Positions 44,789 to 54,300 of a stretch of DNA of 64,000 nt are shown one piece after another. The stretch lies in contig CAJOJG010000001.1 in assembly GCA_905234655.1 (NCBI GenBank), positions 29,975 through 93,974 of the forward strand. Direction: 5' to 3'. The stretch comes from an uncultured Bacteroidales bacterium (lineage in GTDB: Bacteria; Bacteroidota; Bacteroidia; Bacteroidales; UBA3824). The position numbers were made by a program, and so were the translations under genes. Positions within the stretch are counted from its first letter, which is position 1, and each line of letters starts with the position of its first letter. Under the pieces are notes generated by a model. It searched no databases. It saw nothing but the letters and a program-made list of their open reading frames with translations, and was not told the DNA's origin.

Positions 44789-45002
44789 AAATTAAAAGAA
44801 TTAGAAAGAATTAAAAGAATTTTTCGTCGTCGCTTCGCGAGAAATCACACAAATTCTTTTCAAATCAAACAAATCTTTAATGCGAAATCTTAAGTTTTTT
44901 AACCACGGAAAACACGGAATTTCTATGTATTCCACTTTTACCGTAATTAAAAAACAAAACAAATTCTTTTAAATCTTTAAATTCTTTTAATTCTTTTAAT
45001 TT
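44789..45002. repeat. 214-bp AT-rich element with imperfect terminal inverted repeats in the hisD-hisC spacer
   Basis: AAATTAAAAGAATTA (44789-44803) is the exact reverse complement of TAATTCTTTTAATTT (44988-45002). Both ends continue as degenerate AATTCTTTT(A) repeats. An internal direct repeat ACAAATTCTTTT..AAATCTTTAA occurs at about 44849 and about 44959. Confidence 0.75.
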
Positions 45003-45020
45003 TTTTCCCGACCAACGCCG

Positions 45021-46310
45021 TCAGGCGTTGAGCGCGTCAAGCCGCACGGTGACGGCGTTTTTGTGGGCGGCGAGCTGCTCGGCGGCGGCCATCAGTTCGA
45101 CTGCGGGGCCGATGTTGCGGATGCCATTCTCGCTGATGCGCTGGTACGTGATTTTCTTCATGAACGAATCCATGTTCAATCCTGAATACGCCATCGCCGC
45201 GCCGTTTGTGGGCAGTGTGTGGTTTGTACCAGAGGCATAGTCGCCAGCAGACTCACAGGCATACTTGCCGATGAAGACGCTTCCGGCATTATGAACGCGG
45301 TCGGCGAGTTCGTCACAGTCGTCAGTGGATATAATAAGGTGTTCGGGCGCCCAGATGTCGGTCAGGTGGACGGCGGTTAACGTGTCGCCAGTTACCACCG
45401 CGAAACTGTTGCGGAAACTTTGTTCGGCGATTTCGCGGCGTGGTAACTGCTGGAGTTGACGCTCCGCCTCGGCGATTATCTCGTCGGCCTTCTTCTCCGA
45501 GGTCACGAACAGTCCGACCTGCGAATCCGTGCCATGCTCGCACTGGCTGAGCAGGTCGGCGGCGGCGAAGACGGGGTTTGTGTTCTCGTCGGCAATGACC
45601 GCAAGTTCGGACGGGCCGGCGGGCATGTCGATGGCGGTCTCGGACGAGTTGACGAGCTGTTTTGCAACGGTCACAAACCTGTTGCCCGGACCGAAAATCT
45701 TGCTGACCTTGGGAACGCTCTCCGTGCCATACGCCATGGCTGCAATAGCCTGCGCGCCGCCTATCTTGAAGATTTTGTCGATTTTGAGGATTTTGGCACA
45801 GTACAGGACGATGGGATTTATAGAACCACCGCTGCGTGGCGGCGAACACAGCACAATCTCGCTGCAACCCGCAATCTTGGCAGGTATGCCGAGCATCAGC
45901 ACTGTGCTGAACAGCGGAGCAGAGCCGCCCGGAATGTAGATGCCGACCTTCTCGATGGCCTTCGCCTGCTGCCAGCACGTGATGCCCTCGGAAGTCTCCA
46001 CGCGCACGCGGTTTTCCGTCAACTGGCTCTTATGGAATTTTACGATGTTCTGCTGTGCGACGGCTATCGCTCTCTTAAGTTCTTCAGGCACTTCGCGTTC
46101 TGCCTGTTCGAGGTCGTCCTGCGTGACCAGCAGATTCTCGGGGCAAGACTTGTCAAACTTAAGCGTGAGGTCGCGGACGGCCTTGTCGCCGCCGTTCTTA
46201 ACCTGCTCAAGCACGTCCTGCACAATCGGGATTATGTCGTCGGTCTTCGCGGCGGGTCGCTTGGACCGCGCCATGAAGTCCTTGTCGTCGGTATATTGAA
46301 TCTTGAACAT
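45021..46310 (-). CDS. hisD: Histidinol dehydrogenase
   Basis: The start is set at ATG 46310 (MFKIQYTDDKDF), giving 429 aa. The ORF-track extension to 46415 overlaps hisG. Motifs are IPGGSAPLFSTVLM, QCEHGTDSQ and NHTLPT. Confidence 0.92.
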   Translation of the reverse strand: MFKIQYTDDKDFMARSKRPAAKTDDIIPIVQDVLEQVKNGGDKAVRDLTLKFDKSCPENLLVTQDDLEQAEREVPEELKRAIAVAQQNIVKFHKSQLTENRVRVETSEGITCWQQAKAIEKVGIYIPGGSAPLFSTVLMLGIPAKIAGCSEIVLCSPPRSGGSINPIVLYCAKILKIDKIFKIGGAQAIAAMAYGTESVPKVSKIFGPGNRFVTVAKQLVNSSETAIDMPAGPSELAVIADENTNPVFAAADLLSQCEHGTDSQVGLFVTSEKKADEIIAEAERQLQQLPRREIAEQSFRNSFAVVTGDTLTAVHLTDIWAPEHLIISTDDCDELADRVHNAGSVFIGKYACESAGDYASGTNHTLPTNGAAMAYSGLNMDSFMKKITYQRISENGIRNIGPAVELMAAAEQLAAHKNAVTVRLDALNA

Positions 46311-46336
46311 GACGATTTTCCTTATAAAAATCTTTC

Positions 46337-47200
46337 TTACAGAATCATTTTTTCGATCGGGACAACCAAGATGCCCTGCGCGCCCTCGGCTTGGAGTTTG
46401 TCGATGATTTCCCAAAACTCGCTCTCCTTGACGACAGAATGTACGCTTACCCAGTCGCTGTCCGCAAGCGGCAGGACTGACGGGCTCTTCATGCCGGGAA
46501 GGAGTTTTATGATGTTGTCGAGGTTTTTCTTAGGCGCATTGAGGAGTATGTACTTGTTGCTCTTGGCGGCCTTTATCGCATGGATGCGGAAGAGGAGTTT
46601 GTCGAGGATTTCCTGCTTTTCAGCGTCAAGGGTGTTGTTCTTTATGAGCACAGCTTCCGAGTTGACCATCTTTTCCTTCTCGACGAGTCCGTTGCTAAGG
46701 AGCGTGCTGCCTGTGCTTACTATGTCGAAAATCGCGTCGGCAAGTCCAATCGCCGGACATATTTCGACAGAGCCGCTGATTACGTGGATGTCGGCGTTGA
46801 TATGATTGTCGTCGAGAACCTTGCGGAGGATTCCCGGGTATGTAGTGGCTATCTTTCGACCGTTGAACCATTGGAGGCCGGTGTAGTCCGGGGTGTCGCG
46901 CGGAATGGCGAGCGAAAGGCGGCACTTGCCGAATCCGAGTTTTTCGACGGTCTCCACCACCTTGCCAGATTCCCAGATGACGTTCTCGCCGACGATGCCA
47001 GCGTCAGCAACACCGTCGGCAACGCACTGCGGGATGTCGTCGTCGCGCAGATAAAGGATGTCTATCGGGAAATCGGAAGCCGAGGCGAGCAGAAGGCGTG
47101 AACTGTTGTTGGATGCGCTGATACCGGCTTTTTCGAAAAGTTCGATGGACTTGTCGCTCAAGCGGCCTGATTTCTGGATTGCAATCTTAAGTCGTTCCAT
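46337..47200 (-). CDS. hisG: ATP phosphoribosyltransferase (long form)
   Basis: 287 aa. Motifs are LKIAIQKSGRLSDKS, DIVSTGSTL and a C-terminal regulatory domain. Confidence 0.92.
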   Translation of the reverse strand: MERLKIAIQKSGRLSDKSIELFEKAGISASNNSSRLLLASASDFPIDILYLRDDDIPQCVADGVADAGIVGENVIWESGKVVETVEKLGFGKCRLSLAIPRDTPDYTGLQWFNGRKIATTYPGILRKVLDDNHINADIHVISGSVEICPAIGLADAIFDIVSTGSTLLSNGLVEKEKMVNSEAVLIKNNTLDAEKQEILDKLLFRIHAIKAAKSNKYILLNAPKKNLDNIIKLLPGMKSPSVLPLADSDWVSVHSVVKESEFWEIIDKLQAEGAQGILVVPIEKMIL

Positions 47201-47396
47201 TTTTGTCTGTACTGTTTTTTATATGGTTTTCTTTTATTATTTTATGCAGAGGATTACACGGAGTATGTTAAATTTTTAATTGATTCGATGTAAATTAACA
47301 ATTTTGATGCAAAAATAATAATATTTTTTTGATTTTATGCAAAAAATAGTGTGAAATTTTGTAGATTTGCGATTGAAACAAAACTCCAAAACGAAA

Positions 47397-48959
47397 ATGG
47401 GAAAAAACGGTATATCCAGGAAGGAACAGGCATCCTTGGGCATGGCCATCATAGTTAGTTTTATATGTTTGGCGGTGATGGTCGTGTGCCTGATAAAGAT
47501 GGAACACGGCACGAACACGGTCATAATGATAGTATGCAGCATAGCCCTGCTGTTGCTTTTGGCATACCTGGCGAAAAGCCTCTACAAGGCGCGCACGACA
47601 TTCACCTACTGGCAGCAGCGGTACGAGGACGAGATTCTGTCCAATACCGACGAGCTCATGTCGAAGACCGAGACCATAGCCTCCTCGAAGTCAACAATCG
47701 ATAAATACACCCACGAGATAGAGCGGCTCAACCGCCTGAACAGGAACTACGAGCATATCGTGACAAATTTAAGGCGCGAGGCCGGCGAGACCCGCAACAA
47801 GCTCGACGAGTGTTACAAGCTCCTCGAAGACGTAAAGCAGCGCGCCGAGCAGAGCGACAGGCTTAAGGCTTCCTTCCTCGCCAATGTCACACACGAACTG
47901 AGGACACCGCTCAATCCGGTTTTTGGATATTGTGCCATTCTTAACGACCCGTCAGTCCCGGAAGAACGCCGGAGGCACTTCCTTGGCGTATTGCAGAAGT
48001 CGTGCGACAGGTTCTTGGACACTTTGAACGACATGCTCTACTTCTCACAACTCCAGTCCGGCGAAATAAACGCCACTGTCAATGCCTTCGACCTCAACGC
48101 GATGCTGTACAACCTCAAGGCAAAAGCCCAGGGCTGGATAGCCGCCGCCGGAAAGGACATCGAGCTCATATTCCCCGACGACCTCTTGACCAAGTATTAC
48201 ATCACAGGATTTGAGGATGGGTATTACAAACTGATACTTAACCTCTTGGACAATGCCGTCAAGTACACTGACGAAGGCTCTATAACCGTCACGTGCGAGA
48301 GTCTGGACACCGTGATGAAAATCGAAGTGTCGGACACCGGCATAGGCTTCGACTCGAGCAAGAAGGACATGATATTCGGCAGCTTCAACCAGAGCGAGGC
48401 ATCGCTGTCGCGGCCATACGAGGGCATCGGGCTTGGGCTGAGCATCTGCCGTGGGCTTGTGAACCTCATGAACGGCAAGATGGAGGCGGAGGGGCTTCCC
48501 GGCGTTGGCAGCAAGTTCAGCTTTGAAGTGCCACTATTGGACACCGAGACCTCCGAAGTGAACATGTACTATGAAGTGGAGAAGATACTCAAGAACAACA
48601 ACGACAAAGGCCCGGTAATGATAGCCTCGACATTAGAGGCGGACTATGAGTTCGTCAACAACTTCTTCGGCTCGTACAACCTCAAGGTCTTGAGGTGCCG
48701 CTCCTTAGAGGAAGTGGGCATCATATTGGACAACCACCCCAAACTCAACATCGCCATCATCGACCTCTCGTTCTCGATAGAAAACGGCATCGCCGCCGCC
48801 GAAAAGATTTTCACCAAGAACCCCAAAGTCAGGTTTGCGTTCATCAGCGGCAAGGAACTCGACGAAGCGGTATTGTCAAAAATCCATATCTACTCCGACT
48901 TTATCCTGCGCCGCCCGCTTAACAGCAAGTCGCTCGGCGTATTCTTAGGCGCATGTTAG
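47397..48959 (+). CDS. Hybrid sensor histidine kinase (TM, coiled coil, HisKA, HATPase_c, C-terminal receiver-like domain)
   Basis: The start is set at ATG 47397; the track start 47367 is TTG. The H-box is FLANVTHELRTPLN, the N box is LLDNAVKYT, and the G boxes are DTGIGF and GIGLGLSI. The C-terminal 120 aa are receiver-like. Confidence 0.85.
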   Translation: MGKNGISRKEQASLGMAIIVSFICLAVMVVCLIKMEHGTNTVIMIVCSIALLLLLAYLAKSLYKARTTFTYWQQRYEDEILSNTDELMSKTETIASSKSTIDKYTHEIERLNRLNRNYEHIVTNLRREAGETRNKLDECYKLLEDVKQRAEQSDRLKASFLANVTHELRTPLNPVFGYCAILNDPSVPEERRRHFLGVLQKSCDRFLDTLNDMLYFSQLQSGEINATVNAFDLNAMLYNLKAKAQGWIAAAGKDIELIFPDDLLTKYYITGFEDGYYKLILNLLDNAVKYTDEGSITVTCESLDTVMKIEVSDTGIGFDSSKKDMIFGSFNQSEASLSRPYEGIGLGLSICRGLVNLMNGKMEAEGLPGVGSKFSFEVPLLDTETSEVNMYYEVEKILKNNNDKGPVMIASTLEADYEFVNNFFGSYNLKVLRCRSLEEVGIILDNHPKLNIAIIDLSFSIENGIAAAEKIFTKNPKVRFAFISGKELDEAVLSKIHIYSDFILRRPLNSKSLGVFLGAC

Positions 48960-48961
48960 AG

Positions 48962-49005
48962 AGACAAGAACGGGATGCAGCACCCGCCGCGCCCCGTTCT
49001 TGTCT
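48962..49005. terminator. Hairpin between convergent kinase and ompH genes
   Basis: 13-bp stem AGACAAGAACGGG / CCCGTTCTTGTCT (48962-48974 and 48993-49005). There is no strong T-run. Confidence 0.5.
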
Positions 49006-49021
49006 TACACAATATTTAGGT

Positions 49022-49660
49022 TTACTTAGAAGCAGTAGTGTCGGCTTTCGCTGCCGGTGCCGGTGTTGCGCCGCCGCTTGTGCCACGGTAGCGTTTGTTA
49101 AGGCCGTCGAGGACAACTTTCGTGATGTCGAGGGCTGGGTCGGCGTAGAGCAGTACGGAATTGCCCTGGGTGCTGATGATGAGTTTGAAACGCTTGTCGG
49201 CGTTGAACTCGTTGATGAAGTTCCTGATGGAGTCGCCCACGCGGTTCATCATCTGCGCCTGGTCGTCGGCAAGCTCCATCGCCTGCTGGTCGCGGGTCTG
49301 CATGAGCTTCTGCTGCTCGTTGGCGAGCTGGTTCTGGATTTCCTGGGCGCGGGTAGGCGTTACAAGGCGTTTCTCGTAGTTCTGCTGGAGCTCCATCGCG
49401 CGACGCTCGAGGGACTTGCCCTTGCTCTGGAGCTCCTGCTCGTACTGGTTCTGCTTTGCCATGAGCTTGGTAGCCTCGTCGTTGTAGAGGTCGTAGCCGT
49501 TAATAAGGCTGTCGATGTACACGTATGCGATACCGTCGACAGAAGCCGACGAGCCGCCGCTGACGACGGTCGACGAGCCTTGGTTGGCGCATGAGAAGAT
49601 GGTCGTCATGGCCAATGCGCAGACGATAGCCTTTGTAATCGATATAAAACGTTTTTTCAT
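49022..49660 (-). CDS. OmpH/Skp-family periplasmic chaperone
   Basis: 212 aa with a signal peptide and a long Q/E/K-rich coiled coil typical of OmpH (LMAKQNQYEQELQSKGKSLERRAMELQQNYEKRL). Confidence 0.82.
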   Translation of the reverse strand: MKKRFISITKAIVCALAMTTIFSCANQGSSTVVSGGSSASVDGIAYVYIDSLINGYDLYNDEATKLMAKQNQYEQELQSKGKSLERRAMELQQNYEKRLVTPTRAQEIQNQLANEQQKLMQTRDQQAMELADDQAQMMNRVGDSIRNFINEFNADKRFKLIISTQGNSVLLYADPALDITKVVLDGLNKRYRGTSGGATPAPAAKADTTASK

Positions 49661-49903
49661 CGTTTTTAATTTTCAGTGATGTTTTTTGTTGAACTTAAAA
49701 ATAAAATTATGCTTGTGGTCGTTTAACTTAAAAAACCGCTGCAAAGATAAACCATAAAATCCATTGTTGTAAATTTTTTGAGGTATTTTTGCAAAAACGG
49801 AGTAAAAAAACTTGATTTTATTTTTCGTGGAAACTGCAAAAGATTGTAACTTTGCAGCCGCAATAATCGAACTAACAAATTAAACAAAAACATTAATAAA
49901 GAC

Positions 49904-50431
49904 ATGAACTTAAAAGGAATACTGTCGATAGCCACATTCCCCGGCCTCTACAAGCACGTCGCACAGGCCAAGAACGGGCTTATCGTAGAATCGATAGCGG
50001 ACGGAAAGCGCACGATCGCGTATGCAACGGCTCGCATAAGCGCGCTCGAGGACATCTCGATATACACCACCGACGGAGACACGAAACTCTCGGACGTCTA
50101 CCGCAACATCTTCAATGTACTCGAAGGAAAGAAGACGCCATTCGTCCCGAAGAAGGCCAAGGACGAGGAGCTCACGGAACTCTTCGGCAAAGCCCTGCCA
50201 AACTGGGACACCGACCGCGTGTACATCTCGGACATCAAACGCGCCTTCAACTGGTACAACATCCTCGTAGAGAAAGGATTGGTGGACGGCCAGGAAGACG
50301 AGGAGGACAAGAAGGAAGCCGAAGCCGCCGAGGAAGAAGGCGGCGTGAAGACCCGCAAGAGGTCACGCAAGAAGGCAGCAGAGACCGAAGCCGAGACCGA
50401 GGCCGCCGACAGTGGCGCAGAGAAAGCATAA
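49904..50431 (+). CDS. Conserved Bacteroidota protein (DUF5606-like) with acidic/basic C-terminal tail
   Basis: 175 aa. The N-terminus is MNLKGILSIATFPGLYKHV...GLIVESI. The low-complexity tail is EDEEDKKEAEAAEEE...KKAAETEAETEA. Confidence 0.6.
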   Translation: MNLKGILSIATFPGLYKHVAQAKNGLIVESIADGKRTIAYATARISALEDISIYTTDGDTKLSDVYRNIFNVLEGKKTPFVPKKAKDEELTELFGKALPNWDTDRVYISDIKRAFNWYNILVEKGLVDGQEDEEDKKEAEAAEEEGGVKTRKRSRKKAAETEAETEAADSGAEKA

Positions 50432-50461
50432 CAGCAAGATTAATAAGAAGATAAAGACATC

Positions 50462-50498
50462 GGCTGCCGGGGAAACAGTTTCCGGCGGCCTTTTTTTT
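50462..50498 (+). terminator. Intrinsic terminator
   Basis: The stem pairs GGCTGCCGG with CCGGCGGCC (one G-U pair) and is followed by eight T residues (50491-50498). Confidence 0.8.
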
Positions 50499-50699
50499 CA
50501 TTTTTTGAAAAAAATTTCTTAAATATTTGAATATTTGCGCATTAAAAATTAACTTTGTAGAAATTTGTAAAATATCAATCGCAAATTTGGCGGCATAAAA
50601 AACGGTTTGCGTCAAATGTGGAACGCTGTTTGCTTTCCTTATAGACGGAAACAGTATTTAGAGCCAACCCCGACTACACAAGATTTTGGAAAGTGAAAC

Positions 50700-51173
50700 A
50701 TGAAAATAAGGTTCGTGACGGTAGGTAAAACCGTTGAGAAATATCTTGCGGACGCTTGCTCCGAGTACGAGAAACGCATAAAGAAGTACGTGCAGTTCGA
50801 GGTCGTCACGTTACGCGACCTGAAGAACGCCGGCGCGTTGGGTTTCGACCAGGTGAAGGAACAGGAATCTAAACTCCTGGAGCCGTACATGACACCGGGC
50901 AGCTTCAAGATTGTCTTGGACGAACACGGCGAAGAATATACTTCGGTTAAGTTTGCCGAGTACGTACAACGCAAGATGGTATCGCCCGGTAAGGACATAA
51001 CCTTCATCATCGGCGGCCCATACGGCCTCCACAAGAAGATTTTGGACACCGCAGACCACAGCCTGTCGCTCTCTAAGATGACCTTCTCACACCAGATGGT
51101 CAGGCTCATCTTCTTAGAGCAACTATACAGGGCTTTCACCATAATGCGCGGAGAACCATACCACCACGAATGA
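50700..51173 (+). CDS. rlmH: 23S rRNA (pseudouridine1915-N3)-methyltransferase
   Basis: 157 aa of the SPOUT fold. Motifs are MKIRFVTVGK, DEHGEEYTS, FIIGGPYG and the C-terminal LEQLYRAFTIMRGEPYHHE. Confidence 0.9.
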   Translation: MKIRFVTVGKTVEKYLADACSEYEKRIKKYVQFEVVTLRDLKNAGALGFDQVKEQESKLLEPYMTPGSFKIVLDEHGEEYTSVKFAEYVQRKMVSPGKDITFIIGGPYGLHKKILDTADHSLSLSKMTFSHQMVRLIFLEQLYRAFTIMRGEPYHHE

Positions 51174-51239
51174 ATTGACAGTTGATAATTGACAGTTGAC
51201 AATTGACAATTGATAATTGAAAATTGAAAGTTGTCAATG
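51173..51239. repeat. Nine tandem heptamers (consensus ARTTGAY)
   Basis: The units read AATTGAC AGTTGAT AATTGAC AGTTGAC AATTGAC AATTGAT AATTGAA AATTGAA AGTTGTC, starting at the last base of the rlmH stop codon. Confidence 0.9.
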
Positions 51240-51369
51240 CGAATGACGATTATGCATTATGAATTGCATTAAAAAAAGGGAAAAACTACTCAAAGAGGAA
51301 ACGTAAAAGACGAGTTTTAAAAAAAGACAACAAGATTTTAAGAATTTCGTTAACCAAGGGAACAACAAA

Positions 51370-54300
51370 GTGAAAGAGAAGTTTCTGAAAATACAGTTTT
51401 TGGTCTACGCTGTGCTGCTGTTCGTGGCCGCTGCCATGTTGGAGTCGATGCTCGGGGGCTTTGGCAGCCTCAAGATCGACCCGGACAAGGTGCAGGCGGC
51501 GCTACACGAAAAGGAGCGCACGCTCGACGGCATCCTTTCCGACATGCGCGACGACGCGGAGAATGGCGGAAAGTTTGTCAAGGAGAACTCCGTATGGATG
51601 TACGACCGCGACCTCGAATACCTCAAGGACGACGGGTTCGCCGTATTCATATACGAAAGCGACACATTGCGCTACTGGAGCGACAATAGCGTGTCGCTCG
51701 ACAAGCTGTTCTCCAAGACCGGCATCAACAACACCATGCACAGCCTGGCGAACGGATGGTACGAAATCCGCACGCTAAAATCCGGCAACACACTCTACCT
51801 CGGGCTTATCCTCATAAAGAACGAGTACAAGCACAGCAACAAATACCTCGTTAACAATTTTGGACCGGGATTCGGACTCGACCCGTCGCTGAGGGTCGCG
51901 CTTATGCCGATGAGCTACGGCATAGACATCACGGACTCGCGCGGCGACTATATCTTCACCATCGTGCCTACTAACAGCATCGACCTCGACAACAGCCGCT
52001 CCAACATCGCTGGCGTACTGTTCCTCCTGTCGTTGGCAATGCTCATGCTGTATATCAAGAGCATCATAGCCTCGCTGACCGCCGAAGAAGGCAACTCGGC
52101 AAAAATCATCGGCATCATCGCGCTCGTAGTGGCGGCGAGGATTATGTTCCGGATGCTCAAAATACCGGCCAACGTCTACTCGCTCGACTTCTTCGACCCA
52201 GTGTACTTCGCCGACGACAGCATATTCTCCACTATCGGCGACTTCATCACAAACATGACCGTACTGCTGTTCCTGCTCCATTATGTGTCGCTCTTGGCGG
52301 AATACATGAAGTTCAAGGAATGGATCGACAACAACACCACGACCGGCAAGTACCTGACATGGGCGGCGATGGTGGCGGTGTACTTCCTCGTGTTCGGCTA
52401 CCTGTACGCCGTGACGCGCAGGCTCGTCGGCGAAAGCCAGATTTCGTTCCAACTCACTAATGTAATGACCCTCGACATATTCAGCTTCTCGGGGATTATG
52501 GTCATGTCGCTGCTTACCGCCACAATAATCTACGCGGCGGTGTCCATGGCGCGGTACTTTGACTACTCGCCCATCACGAACCTGCGCCGCTCGCTGCTCG
52601 TCTACCTTGGCGCAGCCGTGCTGCTGTCGGCCATCGTGTGGGCGGTGTCCAACCTGCTCGCAGGACTGGGAGTGATGTGCGCGCTGCTGATGTTGGGCAC
52701 GGCGATGTACATGACATACCGCGACACGGAACCCACGGTCTATAAGTACATCTTCATGCTTTTCATCTGCGCAATGTTCTCATGCGCGCTTATCATCGTC
52801 ACCGGCGAGGAGAAGGCTGACAAACAATGCTCGGAGCTTGCCTCAAGTCCGTCGGACTATGGCGACCCGGTTGCGGAGCTGCTGCTGGCAGGTATTTCGG
52901 AAGACATCGGCAAGGACGAGATTGTGCCGGACTACATAAACCCCGCCGATTCCAACAAGATGTACGACTATCTCCTGCACCAGTATTTTAACGGATATTG
53001 GACACGGTACTACTTGAATGTGAAGATTTTGGAATCATCAAACGGCAACTTCTCCGACATCGCCGACCCGTTTGTCAAGGCCGTCAACACCAGGGGCGCA
53101 ATCGTGAACACCACGGCGTTCTACCTCGTCGCCAATAATGACGGCGCGATAAGCTACTATGCGCCATTTAAGTACAACATTAACGGACAGTGGTACTTCG
53201 TATGTGTCGCGCTCGACCGCAAGCCCGTGCCGCAGGAGATTGGCTACCCGTCGCTGCTCATCGACAGCAAGGTCAAGCCGTCCGAGGTCGAGGGCTACGA
53301 CTATGTGCGCTACCACCGTGGCAGCAAGGTCTCCCAGAATGGCAACTTCAGCTACGACATGACCGACAGGGTCTTTGAGCATGGATTCGAGGGTACGGAC
53401 GACACAATCCGCATCATGAAATTCGACGGCTACGTCCATACAGTATACCACAAGGGCGACAATACTGTGGCAATATCGCGCAAGCAGGTGACGTTCGTCG
53501 ACTATGTCGTCCAATTAGCGTACCTTTTCATGATATATATCGTGTGGATGATGGTCTACATGATTATCGACAAGCTTGTCCACAGGGACTACAAGTTCCG
53601 CTACCAGATAAAGACCAAGCTCATCCTCTCGATAACCCTCATCATGCTGCTGGCTTTTGTAAGTATCTGTGCAGGAACGGTATACTTGAATATCGTGAAG
53701 TTCCGCGCCCAAAATAACAAGGGCATGGAGGAAAAGGTTTCGAGCGTGTATGTCCAGCTTGAACAACTATGCGGCGACACACTCGAGTTCTCGTCGCGCT
53801 GGGCGCCCACAAAGGTGCGCAAGATGGACGAGATTCTGACTAACATGTCCCACGTGTTCTTCACCGATGTCAATCTCTACGGCGTCGACGGCGAGATGAT
53901 TGCATGTTCGCGTCCTGAGATTTTCAGGGACGGACTCATAAGCTCGCGAATCAACAGGACTGCGTTCCAGAGGTTCATCATCGACCGCAAGTCGGCGTTC
54001 AGCCACGAGGAGCATATCGGCAGGATGTCGTTCGCGTCGGCGTACATTCCGTTCTACAACAACAGCGAGAAGCTCGTGGGCTACATAAACCTTCCGTACT
54101 TCACAAAGCCAGAGGAATTGGAGCGCGAACTCAGCACAATCATCGTCTCAATCCTCAACCTCTATGTCGTCCTGATGATGATAAGCATCATGACCGGCGT
54201 AATCATATCGGAGCGTATCGTCCAGCCTATCAAGTTGATACAAAGCAAGATGGAGACCATTGAGCTTGGAAAGAACTACGAGAAGATAGACTATGACCGC

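Noticed and set aside
45456-46805. 449-aa ORF on the plus strand
   Set aside because: It is antisense to hisD and hisG, which have unambiguous signatures. It has a low-complexity R/L/A/G-rich translation.
51180-51210. TTGACA hexamers in the heptamer array as sigma-70 -35 boxes
   Set aside because: Bacteroidota primary-sigma promoters use TTTG / TAnnTTTG, not TTGACA / TATAAT. No appropriately spaced -10 or -7 element follows.
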